64,000 bases of DNA, taken from contig UYFQ01000587.1 of NCBI GenBank assembly GCA_900617105.1, positions 1 to 64,000 of the forward strand, in the 5' to 3' direction. The notes below the pieces were generated by a model. The model saw only the letters and a program-made list of their open reading frames with translations, made no database searches and was not told the origin of the DNA. The first letter of the stretch is position 1. Each line of letters begins with the position of its first letter. The translations under genes and the position numbers were made by a program. Positions 26,101 to 39,529 of the stretch are shown in pieces. Source of the stretch: Hydrurus foetidus (Eukaryota).

Positions 26101-27738
26101 CCGGTTTCCCAGGCTGCCCCACAAGATAGTGGAGTAGCCAAGGATGCTTCCAAATCAGGTGGCATTCGTCCGAACTCGCCCTTCTACATGAAACCATCTG
26201 CCGAATCGGTCGGTGCGTCGCCTGGCACTGATGTGGTCTCAACCGACACCTCCTCTCTCCCACTAGTCCACCCAGATTCCCCCATACTCAGCGACACTGC
26301 AATCGTAGGCTCCACCTCAGATCCCCTCTCTATCTCCGATGCGGTCCCATTTAAATCTCCTCTCATATGGACCTCTCCCTCTGTCCCCACCTCTGTCTCT
26401 GCAAACTCAGCCCCTAAACCATTCCTGCAGCGAAGCAAGCTACCCAACACATTTAATGCTGCTTCATCACCTGTATTCAGTGGCCCCGCTGTACCCTCTT
26501 TCTTCACGATACCCGCTGCCCCCTCTCTTGGATCTTCAGAGGCGGTTTCTGCTCCATTTCCTCTTTCACCAGAACAGAACGTGACAGTCGCTCTCAGTGA
26601 GTCAAGTGAGATAGCAACCTCCTCTGCTTCTTCGGTCCCTAAAGAAGCAGATACTGACCTTTCTATCGCTGTCACTGTCGAGGAGAACAAGGCCATCGAG
26701 GAGGACAGCAGCCTAGGCGCTGACACTACCGCTACCCTTCTCGGACAGACACAGATTGTACCACAGACGGTAGTGATAAGCACTTCAAGTGACGCATCAG
26801 ATACCCTTCCAACAGCCATGGTTGCCAAGGAATTTGAAACTAGTGGTAGTGGTGGAGAGGGATCCGGAGTATACCCCCTGTCCTCTCAACAGCAACAACA
26901 ACAACAGTCGAAAGGCAAAGGCAGCGACAGCAGCAACAGGTACAGAAACACATTCGCGAGCAGAAATGCAAGCAATGTGATCCAAGGCAGCGCCATCGAC
27001 ATCAGTCGCAAAGCGTATGCCATCGACTGCAACCTCACGGAGATAGGGTACATGGATGGCTACTCCCCTGCAACGGCCGGTAGCACGGCCAAGAGAGCAT
27101 GGCAGACCCCTGCGTCACGGGAGGGGAGGAGCACATCCTCTCTCCTATCTGCTGCCTCTCCCTCACCCAAACTGTCCCCTTCATTGTCTCAACTGGTCAA
27201 GAAGAGGGCTCCAGCCCGCCCCTCTCCTCCCCAGGTGCCGCAGAAGGTGTTCTCCCAATCGCAGACACCTCCTCTGATGTACGTGTACCCCACACAGCTA
27301 GAAGAAGCCGAGGCCGTGAGACGCAATTACGGCCTTGTCGTGTCTCCTGAAGATGAAGTGCTGAGCATCAGGAACACGGAGAAAAGGTCGGAATCTGCCG
27401 GTCCAGGATCCCACAGAGGTGGGAAAAAGACATCAAAAGTCACTAATGGCCTCCCCCTTCCTCTTTCTACTGAGAGCGATGCAGAGAGAGAGGAGTCAGC
27501 GAGGGCGAATGAAGAGGCTAGACGAGTAAAAAAGGAAAAGGAGGCGAAGTCGAAGGTTGAGTGGGTAGAAACTGTCATGGCGAAAGCGAAGGGGATTGAA
27601 ATGCAGTCGAGAGTACGACTCATGAGTGCGGATAAGGTGGGGGAGTCGGGAGGTAGAGTACTCTCTTCACCTTCCCCCTCCTCGTCCTCCTCAGAGAATC
27701 CTTTGTTCCGAGGAAAGAAATCTTCGAAGCCGTTTTAG
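20158..27738 (+). CDS. large putative plastid-targeted protein: membrane segment, degenerate J-domain-like region, long Ser/Pro/Ala-rich tail; 6 exons
   Basis: Leader MGRSNLGWQVALLLSNLSYFQSF. Hydrophobic LFGGLLSVLI..FLVVNTIA. Exons 20158-21330, 21838-21938, 22215-22573, 22768-22884, 23194-23313 and 23657-27738 join in frame by GT-AG. Contains QRYRTLTLEFHPDC. Confidence 0.7.
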
Positions 27739-29115
27739 ATCACAGCACTGCTGCTGCCGCATATTAGACAGCTGGGAGTTGAGTTGAGTCGAGTTCCGAG
27801 TTACCCCTTCACCCACCTTAGTGGACTTCAAGGGCAAACATCAAGACACACATGTTCTTTCATCTGAATTATCTTCGAGTGCTGAATTGAGAAGAGGAGT
27901 TGACTAACTGACTTCCTGACATATTGTGGCGCCTCATGCGGCACATTAAATCACCGTGTCCGTCTGTCTATCCATCATCTCGTCTCATTATTATAATCAT
28001 ACTATCATGCCTTCCTCTTCCCACCTTTTTTCTTTTCGCCATCTTCTCTTCTACTTTTTTTTCTTCTTCTTCTTCTTCTCTCTCTCCGTCTTCTTTCTCC
28101 TCATCATCTTCTTCGATACGGGAAGACTTGATTCGATTGGAAATACACGGCGCACTCATCTCAAAATTGAGCGCTGTTGGGTCACTCGAATTTTTGTCAT
28201 TTGTACATTTGTCAGCATGTCAGTTATACAATATAACGCCACACCACACCACACCATACCATATTTGTAGTAGGTCAGTACAGTTCAGTCCGTGCAATTC
28301 AGTTAAATCCAATCTGTGTGAAAGTGCATTGATTTAAGTCCTTGAGATGGGGCAGTCAAATCGACATACTAGATTACAAACTGTCATTTCTTTTCTCTTT
28401 TGTTTTCTTTCTACGTAATTTTCAAGAAGCAAAATTTTCACTGAAGTAATTAATCCGATTCTTTGATGTGATACAAAAAAAATTTCTTCAATTATCGCTT
28501 CCCCCATTCGATTGGAAGTGGTAAAAGTGGTAGTTTTTGCAGTCTCGGCAATAATGGAGGGAGAAGTGCTTTCCTTTCAACTCGTGACGATATGGTGCGA
28601 CGAGCAAGGGAAACAAATCTGCGGATTGTTGGAGGTGTGCTAACTTGGTCTTATTTCTGGCATCCGAAGGGACAGCTCCGTACTGTCCATCAAGTCAAAT
28701 AGAATCAAACCCGTTGACATACCATAACCTCGATCTGAAATAGCAGTCTAGACCGGGTAAGGGATAAACGCGGATTCGAGATAGTGCTCTATTGAACTAT
28801 TTACAAATGTGCAGAGTAAACATGTAATACATTTCAAAACGCGTACATCTTGCAATTCTTAAAAATGAAGTGACGTCAGCAATTTGAATAATAATAAGTA
28901 GCATGTAAATGATGAGAATTCAGATAAAGGATGTCTACCCTTTTCTACTCTATTTTTATCTATTCTGTCCTGTTCTATCGTGTTGACTATTGCTCACCGG
29001 CCTCCTCCCTCCTCCCATAATCTAATTCTCTGCAGCACTCTAATCTACAGCCCGACAGTCAGTCAAGCAGTCTATCTGTCTGTCTAAGTGGATGCGCTTC
29101 AACAAGTGGCGTGCT

Positions 29116-30700
29116 CTATCTTCCCCTCCTACTGCTAGATAAGGAACTCAACACGGATGACTGGCCTGCCCTGGACGCACCCCCGCCCCCACTGCCGTCG
29201 TCATCCTCGAACTCTTCGTTCATGCGCACTTGACTCTCGAAGGAAGACTCACCCGCATTCCCCCCTCCCTTCCCTCTGCTGTCTCCCTCATCCCCCACAG
29301 AGAGGCCTTCACCACCCCCTGCTGCCCCTTCATTCCCTCTCATACCTCCCATGCCCCCCATTTTCATCCCTCTAACAGGTCCGTCCGTCCCTTGTCCTAC
29401 CCCTGGTCCTTCTCCCTCTCCCCCTGCTGGCTCTACGACAGGCTCGCTACGCACTACCCATCTGTTTCTAAAGCCAGCTCTCTCTGTGGCTCTCGGGGGT
29501 GTGGTGGGGGATAGGAGAGGAGAGAGCTTAGCTGTCCTGTTCTGGGCACTACTGCTATCCCTACCTTGATTCTTAGCGGCTGAACTAGTAGCGCTATTAT
29601 TAGCGCCTCTGGTGTCATTGCTGCTGCTTTCTCCTCGGAGGACTTTCACCCCTTCTAAAGGGACGGAAGGCGCCTCAACAGTGTCATCTGAACCGGATAA
29701 ACCACTGACTGGTCTATCCCCTTTAGTGCCGGATAACAACGCAGCGTTCTTTGCAAAAAACATTCTCATGTCTCTGTCCATGTCTCCCCCGAGGTCCAGG
29801 ACACTTTCGAAATGACCAGCAGCGGCTTTCACGTCTAGTAGCTGACCGGTATAAATGGCGCCTAGTCTCTTGTGTAGAGCAACCACTTTCAGTTTCTCCT
29901 TGGGTGAGAGATTTTTCCTCTCAGGTGCAGTGGAGGTCGAGTCGGGTGTTGTGGCGTTGGATGGAAGGGACTGTAGAGGATTGAGGGCGGTGTCGTTGGA
30001 GACGGCGCGACTGACGGGACCCTCCTCCCCTTCGTTCCCCCCCCCCTTCACATCCATCTCCACCTCTATCCCTCCACTACCACTTCCATTCTTGGCACCC
30101 ACACCTGGAGAGTCACTGACAGTGAATGGGACGGAGCTAGCGGTGCTGTTCGATCCGAAATCCCCCCGCATGATTTGTAACTCCTTCTCGAAGCTTTTCA
30201 CAGCTTCGAGGAATCTGCCCTGACGCACGTACATCTCACCTACATCGTACGGACAAATACAAATAAATTGTGAGCTGATGGGAGTAAGAGTCGATGGGCA
30301 CGATCAGGCGAACGCCTCGTAGCCCGCATACCATCAGTTACAAATATCTGCAACCATCGCATTACTTGTGAGCACTAATTGCTTTCGATGTCTCAGACAT
30401 CGATGTGAAAGTCGGTGGAGCAAAAGGGAAGGGAACTGATGGTCAAACGGAGCAACAATAGTTGAGCTGCCCGTCATCCAATCCCTTCTTTTCTGTATTT
30501 CCCGATTAACGCTTACCTACGTCAGAGTGGGTCGAGATGCCCTCCTCTATTGCCCGGACCCAAAGATCTTCCGCAGTGCGTGCTCTGTCCGTTCTCTCGT
30601 ACAGCATGGCCAGCAGCTGCACCCTTTGAGGAGAGAGCGGCACAGAGGGAGAAGACACTGGGACATCCACACCACCACTAGTACTATTGGCATCTATTAA

Positions 30701-30734
<34 letters not shown>

Positions 30735-32535
30735 TTGTTGCTGCTGCTCTGTGACTCCTGACCCTGAACCCCGTGTCGTCTCTCCATCCCTTTACTTAGT
30801 TGGATAGAGCCGTCTGAGTGAGAGAGAACCTCCAGAGCCTCGTCATATCTTTGGCACATGGTGTTTATGGATGGTGCACCATTAGTATATTGTTTGTTGC
30901 GGAGTTGTGATGACTGACTGATGATACGATAGTCGTCCACAAAAGTCACATTACATTCACCAATATCAGCCGATAGAGATTACATTCAGTATCGATGACA
31001 TGGATGTCATGAGAAGCAGTTTCTGTAAGAATGAAGCTATGTAAATCGCATTGTCGGATTGTACGGAGGGATCACAGTCGTTACCTTTTTAGGGACGTCA
31101 GAGAAACGGCCAAGGACCACGCAAGCGTCCCGTCCGTACGTGTCAGCCGATGGAGCGGAAACAAAATATTTGCGGCAGGAGCATATTTTCCAGTTTGCAC
31201 CAAATACTTTCCGATTTCACTTAACGTGAAGAGTGCTGTGGTATTACCTAAATACGAAAATAGTGATGTACGCAAATGTAAAAAAAATGGTGTGGGGGAA
31301 AAAGGTTCCACCGGGATTCGAACCCAGGTCGCAAGAATCAGAACCTTGAGTGATAACCAACTACACTATGGAACCAACTGATGACATTTGCAGGAAGTTA
31401 CGAAGATATAAAGATAGTAAAGCACTGTGGCTTCTCTACTGGAGACAAATAATTGCTTCAAGGGATTTTACGCCCTCAGGAAGTTGGATCGTGGGGTCAT
31501 ATTAAGAATAAATAAGCAACAATTTAAAGCAATAATACACATCCAAAAATTGTCGTGAACATCGCAAAAGGGCGGGGTAAAACGCGACATTCGAGTTCAT
31601 CCGAAATTACCTGGGTCGAGGTCGATTGCGATCTTCATGTAATCCTCCGCAGCTTTCTCGTACTGAATGAAGAGATGGCACAAGAAAAGGCAGGAAGGAT
31701 CAGTTCATGATATAGATCAGGATTCAAAAGGGGAGATTGTCAGACGTTTCATTCACAAAATGAATGTGATGGAAGCCGAGGAATGGGAAATGTGATAAAA
31801 AGTCGCTGTGACGCGGGATAATAGTGGAAAACGCAGATACCGCATTGCATTGCACTTTTAAAACGTATGGATAAGGGAGACAATACGCTGCGGAGAGATC
31901 ATTAAAACAACAACAACAATGAGCGGTGTGCAGTACCTGTCCCATAGCTTCGTAGACCTTTGCTCGCATAAAATATACCTCCGGATAGTTTTCAGCTTTT
32001 TTCTCTGCCTTGGATAGTTGCTTGAGAGCAAGTTCGAAATCTCCCCTGCCTGTGTATGCTTTTGCTATAGTCATGTATTGAGTTGCCACTCTGATGTTGG
32101 CAGGAGAGGGCGGGGGTGGAGGTGCCTTCTGACTGATAGGAGGGACAGCGACAGGGATGGGGACAGTGACAGGGGTGGGGACAGTGACAGGGGTGGGGAC
32201 AGGGACAGTGACAGGGATGGGGACAGTGACGGGGGTGGGGACAGTGACAGGGATGGGGACAGGGACAGTGTCAGGGATGGGGACAGTGACAGGGGAGGAT
32301 AGAGGGGTAGAGGCTGACGGCTCTGGGGAGGCAGTGGCGTCTGTGTTGTTGGCCAATGACGCAGTCTCTGTGACGGCTTCTAACACATTCTCATGAGACT
32401 CTCTCATTGTCGATGTGTCCAGTGTTGCTGCAGAGTCTTCAGCGGTGACTGTGACTGCTTCTCCACTCCCATCTTCAGTGCCATCTTTCTCTTTCTCTTT
32501 CTCTCTCTCTTTCTCTCTCTTCTCTTCTCTCTCTT

Positions 32536-32576
<41 letters not shown>

Positions 32577-35500
32577 GCCTTTCTGTCCACACCAACATCA
32601 ACACCACCACCACCACTGGATTCATCAGTGCTCTGACTTGCTTTGTCTCCACTTTCGTGATTCAAATACAGCAGGGACTGGGGTATCGTCCCCTTAACTG
32701 AGTCAGATTCAGTTACTACTTCCGATGCTGTTGAGTTGTTGGACACAGCACTGCCATTTCTGTCCGTTGAGATTTCTTTCAGAGTGATAATTTCCTCTTG
32801 ATCGACTTCAAGCAGCACAGTGCTGTTGAAAATCGGAATTGAAATATCAGATAAGACCTCCGCAGAGATCTTCGCTGCGAGATTATGCTTGTCTTCATTT
32901 GCATCTTCCCTTCCTGCTCTCCCTTCTTCTCCTTCTTGTCTGCCAATGTCTGCCCGAACTTCTTGCGATGTAGGTGCAGATATTTGGCTGACATTTATCG
33001 CTGAATCATCATATGTTGCATTGAACTCATTAGATACATCTGCACGCCTCTCGCTCTCTGCAGCAAACTCTAGATCCAGAGGCATCTCCTCCACTTGTGC
33101 TGCCCCTTGGCTCTCAGTGACTGCAATACTATTAAGATCGTACGAGCTGTCCGTCCTGTTCTTGCTATTAGTACAGTCTTTGGGAGGATCAGTGGTGACA
33201 ATTTCTATCTCGGTATGCACCCCGCTATCTGCATCCGACTGTGTGTGCGGCTTGGAGGTTGGATCCTGGACCTCAATACTGGAATCTACATGTCCCACTG
33301 CTTTGACGGGATATCCCGCTATTACGGTATCTTTAGCAATGGTTCCGGCCATGGTTCCTTTACCACCCACCTCCTCTTTGATCGCATTTATTACTTCCAT
33401 CACATCCTTATTAGCACTGGTCACTACGCTGTCATCGCTCATCAGAAGTTTTGCAATACCTGAAACACTAGGAACCTTCTCACTAAGTACATTCTTAGGA
33501 TAAATATTCTTCATGAGAGGATTACTCTCTGTTGAAGAGGAGATGATGTCTTTCAGCGCATTCTTCTCCTCTATTTCAAAGACAGAGACGGGACCTTCCT
33601 GCCCTTTGATTGAGATAGGTAGATCACTGTGTGGTTCCACTTCCACTTGACCGATGTCACTGTGCGCTGTGGATTGATTCAACGTATAGAGTCCAAGATC
33701 TGCTGCAGTTGAGTTGTTACTACCGATATCAGTATTGCCATCTTCTCCAATGAGTGCTGCGCTCTCCACCTCTTCATCTGCTATAGAGGGACTTACGCTG
33801 ACTTCGCTGTGTCTAGTGGGACTGTCTGGTGCACTCTTCCCGCTGTCCCCCCTATTTCCTTCTATGGAGATCTTGACATCCTTCACCCTGCTGTTTTCCA
33901 TGCTCTTGGCCGCCTCTTCCTCGAATCCTAAGGCATGCTGCACTTGACTGAGCTGCATCCACTTCTCAGAGACTAGTCTGAGCTGCTTGGAACTCATCTC
34001 CAGAGTGCCCTCTCCTACTTTCCCCGCACCATACGACTCATCCATCAGTGCGCTTGAAGAGGTGAAGGAGCCTGTGCATTTGAGTAGTGCCACATACGCA
34101 CTAAGATAATCCTTCACATGCAGTTGAGCTTCTCCCAAAGCACAGTATGCACTTCTTTCCATGCTGTATCGACCCATCAGCAGTGCAACTCTACCTCCAG
34201 AGAACGTTCTTAGGAACACATCTTCATGCCCAGAGAACATTCCTGACTCCACTGAGCTGACTACGTTCCTCAGGAGAGGCACCGCTGAAGAATGCATTCC
34301 CTGGTCGCTGTAAGCTACTGCCAGGAGGAACTTGGACTTTATCAGGAATTTGCTGGAGGATGCTTGTTTGTTGGTGTTGAGCATAACGGCTACTTCAAGA
34401 GCAGATTCTGCCTGCTTCAGTCTACCTAGCTCTAGCAGAGACCTACCCATCAAGTAGTGTCCGAGATAGTATGTGGGAGAGGTAGACATAAACTGCTTCG
34501 CCAGTGATAGAGCTTCCGTATGCTGTCCCAACCCAGTGTAGATGGAATGCAGAAGGTCCGAGATTTCCTGGTGGCTAGGCAGTGCAAGAGTCATCAGTTT
34601 GAGGAAGAAGACTGCCTTAGCGGTGCTTAGACTGCAGTGTGCTGCTGAAGCGGTGGAAATGGAAGAGAGAGGGACGGTCACAGTAACGCCAATGGATCCC
34701 CCTCTGCTGACTGCCTGGCTGTCACCGATACTTCTAGAACCCAGATCCCTGTCGCCACTACTACTACCTGCATCTCGAAGTATTCCCCCGCTATCAGCAT
34801 TGAGCACCCGACTGTCCCCGTCAGAGTCCACTTCGTTGGCAGCGAAACATTCTAGACTCACAGCTGCAGAGTTTAGAAGCACACGTACGTAATTCAGAAG
34901 AAACTGTACGTGGAGACTGCTGTGTGCTGCATCTGTCGTGGAGAGCTGAGACAGGTGCTCGATGTAGTACTTTTCATGGGGACCAACAACTCCAAACAAA
35001 TAGTTATAGTCCTCACTCATCCTTCTCCTTGCACTTTCTGATAAATGACCGAAATTGTCTACTTCACTGTCATCACTACTCTTCACTCCACTACCCTGAT
35101 CTAGGAGCAGTCCAGAGAGGCCAAGAAAAGTTGTCACGTCACTGGTATTGCAGATTGTCACAGCATTGCCATATTCCACACGAGCTTTAGTAGGTTCTCT
35201 CAGCATGGAGTATGATTCGCCAACGCAGGTGAGAGCGCCAGGGTAGCATTTATCTTTCTTCACAACCTGTGATGAATTCAAGAAACGACACAAATGATTG
35301 TCTGTATAACTGCTGCATGGATGTCAACTTCACCATCGCAAATTCTATTGGATGTGAAAGTGGCAGCGATATCGCAGCAGCTGTCCGAGATAAAACTTCG
35401 CATCAATTGCATCGTCCCCTGTACATACTAGCTGTTGCCATCATCACACATTCAAATCGGATTTACCTGTTGGCAGCTCTGGAGACCCTCCAAATAATTT

Positions 35501-36077
35501 CCAGATTTGATATGTAGCAATCCCTGAAGAAGCATGCATTTCTTCGTGCATTGATGAGAGGTCTGGCAATTGAAGGGACGAGCATTCGTGTAAAGGTTAG
35601 ATTAAGCTATTCCTCATCACGAAGACTTTTGCTAGCGCAGATCATGCTCGAAAATCAGAATAGCAGCGTGCATGATTTACTGAAGGAAATGAATTGTGGG
35701 TATCGATTGATGATGTCGAGTGTTCTTTCTTGCAGTATGTCGTCACCTTCGCAAATTCAATTACTTCAGATGCCCGATCATAGTCACCCAGGGAGTACAA
35801 TTTCTCTGCAGGGCTGAAAACATCATCTACGAAGCCATTGGTATTCGAGTTGCTGCCTCTTGAGGTCGCTTTCTGGAAATATGATTGGAAATAAACATAT
35901 CAGATGCACAGCGACAGAACGCCTACTTTGACTATTGCTGTAAAGTTGTCCAAGCAAATATACACACGAATCGCTCGAAAGAGAAATGATGATTGCCAAC
36001 ATAATTCTCACCATCAGGAACAGTATTAGGCATCCTGCAATTATAAGCGTAAGGGCCACCAGTGTCCACAGAATCAT
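29116..36077 (-). CDS. TPR-repeat protein with N-terminal signal anchor and acidic/Pro-rich linker, multi-exon
   Basis: MILWTLVALTLIIAGCLILFL leader. TPR helices (GHYLMGRSLLELGRLKQAESALEVAVMLN, AKAYTGRGDFELALKQLSKAEKK, EVYFMRAKVYEAMGQYEKAAEDY, MYVRQGRFLEAVKSFEKEL). (PVTVPI)n and (EREK)n tracts. Confidence 0.8.
31303..31375 (-). tRNA. tRNA-Gln (anticodon CTG)
   Basis: Minus strand GGTTCCATAGTGTAGTTGGTTATCACTCAAGGTTCTGATTCTTGCGACCTGGGTTCGAATCCCGGTGGAACCT. Acceptor stem, D-arm, anticodon stem CAAGG/TCTTG with loop TTCTGAT, TTCGAAT T-loop, then a T-run. Confidence 0.95.
32140..32295. repeat. coding minisatellite (GGGACAGTGACAGGGATG-type 18-mers) encoding PVTVP(I/T) repeats
   Basis: Read directly inside the TPR gene exon. 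Confidence 0.85.
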
Positions 36078-36853
36078 CTCGAACTAGCTGTTCAAAGCCC
36101 AACAACCTCTCAGAAAGAGTTGAGAGTCACCATACACTTAGCGAAATCTCTCCTTTCTGTGCTATCTTATCTTTGGTCATGCACCTGGCGGGCAGAGAGC
36201 ATCAGACATCAGACATCAGACAGAAGATGACATGAGAGTAATTTCGTATGTTGTACCGCGAGCCCATAATATGAATACATAAAGCCAAGGTGTTTTTCGT
36301 ATCAAGATAGCAGTACCATCATGTACGATACAGTAGCCCGAGGATGGACACAGAACACGGACACCTGGTCAAACTCCGTTAGGAGCGGACCGGTGTCTGC
36401 GACCAGAAATCCGACTCCGAGCTTTTTAACTGCAACGACTCTAGTGTACGCTATTGGAAATGGAATTGCCGCCCGAGGAAATCATCTCTTTCATCGTCAA
36501 GAGTATGTAATCTTTATGTGTACTGCACTTGCAGATCGGGAGTTGCGGCCGTCTTTGAGATCCAGCTATTTGCTGGCTCATTTATTCGGCGGTAGCGGAA
36601 TACTGTCTAGTGTCCTACTATTTGTGTTTCTGTTGATTGGTGTCGGATGTTGTTCACGGATGACGTTGACAAGTGGATTTGTAGTGTTTCGCGTCGCGGC
36701 CCCAGTATGACATGGTGTATGACATATGCCGAGGGTTCTGTTTAGGATGCAGTTTTATGGTGACATGAGAGGAGTCCTCTTAGTATTTACAAATCATAAC
36801 ACAGAACAAAATAAGAATGGGACTACAAGCACAACCATTGCCAAATGTTCAAT

Positions 36854-38125
36854 TTAATAGACGTATCCCTTGACAAATGTAGATGCGTTTGCGGCTTCGC
36901 CGCCAGCTCCTCCGGTGTATTTGCCTTGGCAAGCAAGACTGTTGGCCTGTGCTCTCTCCAGGAGGACTGCCTGGGCGGCGGGGATGTTGGCGTCGAGACC
37001 TTTCCAGGCCTTAAGGCATGACTGCTGCAGGGCACGGCCATATGAGAATGTGAGCGCCCAGGGTCTTGGTCCGGGTGCCGAGTTGATCAGGTTGAGTGCT
37101 AGTGAGGCATCCTCCTCGGACATGCCGCCCGAAAGGAATGTGATGCCGGGGACAGCGCAGGGGGTGGTGTGCTGCAGCACGCGGACGGTGGCTAGGGCGA
37201 TCTCGGTCGCAGTTGCCTGAACTTTGGCATCGGAGCCGGAGCGGACCATGTTTGGCTTCAACAGAGTGCCCTCAAGCATGACGTGGTGGTCCGACAGGGC
37301 CTTGTAGCATGCAGCGATGACTCTCTCGGTCATGGCGGCAGCGACCTCAATGCTGAAGTCACCGTCCATGAGTACCTCGGGCTCGACAATCGGCACAAGG
37401 CCGTTCTGTTGGCAGATCGAAGCGTAACGTGCAAGAGTGTTGGCGTTCTCGTCGATGGCAACCTGTGAAGGGGTAGCACCGATTGTGTCCTTGATGTGGA
37501 GGACTGCTCTCCACTTGGCGAATCTAGCACCCTGGGCGTAGTACTTGGCGCAACGGGCGTCAAGGTCGTCAATGCCCTGTGTGACACATTCTCCGTTCGT
37601 GCCGGCCAATGGCTTGATGCCTTTGTCGACCTGTCGTGGGATTCGGATGACTTCGGTCAGAGATCTGTGCGAGAATCGTTAGGAACATATCGTATCGCAT
37701 TTTCTGACCTTGATGCCTGGAAGGATGTTGAGTGACTTCATGATTTCAACAAATGGTGTGCCATCATCTGCCTTTTGGTACAGGGTCTCCTCGAAGAGGA
37801 TTACGCCTGACACGTACTGCTCAATGCCTGGTGATGAAGATTGTTTCAGTGATCATATCAGCGGTGATATTGGGAGATGTCTTTCATAATGCTTCCATTA
37901 CACGAGTCGGTTACTCGCAGTTTGATGGTTTCGTAGGTCACCTGGGGCCTTGAAGAGCAGCTGGCGGTACTTGCGACGGTTCTCCTCAGTGTTCTCTGCT
38001 CCGATGCCTGCAAATCTCTGGCCAATGGTGCCAGTTGATTCATCGGCGGCGAGGATGCCCTTGCCTGTCGCGCAGATAGCGCGGGCATTCTGGATTAGTT
38101 CAGCAGCGTAAGGTCCGAGAGACAT
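36854..38125 (-). CDS. FBA: fructose-bisphosphate aldolase class I (no targeting leader, likely cytosolic), 3 exons
   Basis: [80 protein letters not shown], terminal YVY*. Exons 38125-37942, 37827-37709, 37630-36854. Confidence 0.97.
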
Positions 38126-38871
38126 ATTGTATATTTTGGTAAAGAATCTATGTGGTACAATGTAGATGGATTGGCAATGCTAAGTTTGGTATTACAGCGC
38201 AGCGCGTCACCAATTTTCAATTTTCCAAGCTCGCACCGCACGTGTCAAGATATCAAGATATGTGGGGATCGTTCATCGAATTTTCGTTCTCGAAGGATAT
38301 TAATGTCAAGTTGTCCGTTTCCGTTTTTGCTTTTTTACCGAATCTTGATGGATCGGAAGTATTTTGCAGCCAGTTACTGGCATAGCAAACTCAGACTCCG
38401 AATTGAAAAGAGAATCAAATAATTCGTCAAGGAGGGCGAGCGGGGAAGATGACTTTCGAAAGAGAGGGGAGGTAAAAATCGCTCTTACCGTCAATAGAAG
38501 ATGCAATCAATGATATTACTGCATGCAAAACAAATTATGCGCTTGGACAGAAATATAGAAATCCATTCCGTATGATTCAAATTTTTGGGGAATCTCGATG
38601 GAATATATGTAGCGATCCGATCACCCGTTTTGGCCTGATGGATCCATATGTGCAAAATCTCTGTTCCACTCCTGCAACTGCCGCACAGTTCATCCTGATA
38701 GAAGTTGACTAGATTTCGTCCAGTTGCGACTAAAACTACCACCATCGCCAACCTTCCCTATCTCCGGTTGCACATTCGATTCATTTAACCACAGATATTT
38801 CTTATTAAGTTTTAATCGAATTGAATAAATTAATGCTGCAGTACTATGTTCAGCAGTTCAAGTCTTTGCAG

Positions 38872-39228
38872 TTTAGGGTTGGGGTTGGGGTTGGGGTTGG
38901 GGTTGGGGTTGGGGTTGGGGCTGGGGCTGGGGCTGGGGCTGGGGTTGGGGTTGGGGCTGGGGTTGGGGCTGGGGCTGGAATGGGGTGGGGTTGGAATGGG
39001 TGGGTTGGGGTTGGGGTGGGCTGGAATGGAAATATGGAATGGGGCTGGGGTGGGGCTGGGGCTGGGGTGGGGCTGGGGCTGGGGCTGGGGCTGGGGCTGG
39101 GGCTGGGGCTGGGGCTGGGGCTGGGGCTGGGGCTGGGGCTGGGGGCTGGGGCTGGGGCTGGGGCTGGGGCTGGGGCTGGGGTTGGGGATGGGGATGGGGT
39201 TGGGGTTGGAGTTGGGGTTGGGGTTGGC
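38872..39228. repeat. G-rich hexamer array (GGGGTT/GGGGCT)n, telomere-like
   Basis: Read directly; begins TTTAGGGTTGGGGTT. Confidence 0.9.
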
Positions 39229-39249
39229 TTCAGTAAATTATACGGAAAA

Positions 39250-39522
39250 AGGTCTATCACGACAGCAGAATAGATTGGCACCTTTTTCCGGATATAAATC
39301 TCAGATGGAGTGATGATAATCAGACCCCAAAACCAAGGGGGTCCTTTTAATACCCCCTTGCCACAACATACTAAAAATAAAAAGGAAAAAGGAAAAAGGG
39401 AACGCTCCCCGGATTTTTCAACTTTTAGTATGGTGTGGGGTGATCGATTTATCATCAGTCCATCTGAGATTTACGCGAAATAGGTGCCACTCTACTCTCT
39501 ATTCTGCTGTTGTAATAAGGCT
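39250..39522. mobile_element. foldback/MITE-like element A
   Basis: Long imperfect inverted arms: ACAGCAGAATAG..TGGCACCT..TAAATCTCAGATGGAGTGATGATAA versus TTATCATCAGTCCATCTGAGATTTA..AGGTGCCA..CTATTCTGCTGT. No TSD resolved. Confidence 0.6.
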
Positions 39523-39529
39523 ACAATGC

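Noticed and set aside
25056..26828. Long minus-strand ORFs (307 aa, 214 aa)
   Set aside because: Antisense shadows of the low-complexity + strand exon.
31303..31375. Local tRNA-Gln as primer for the retroelements
   Set aside because: Would need TGGAGGTTCCACC after the 5' LTR, which is absent in element 2.
38872..39228. True chromosome end or fusion site
   Set aside because: Only one TTTAGGG unit, a single orientation, and ordinary genes on both sides.
38821..39455. Gly/Val, Gly/Leu, Gly/Trp and Pro-rich ORFs
   Set aside because: All frames are open only because of the stop-free hexamer array.
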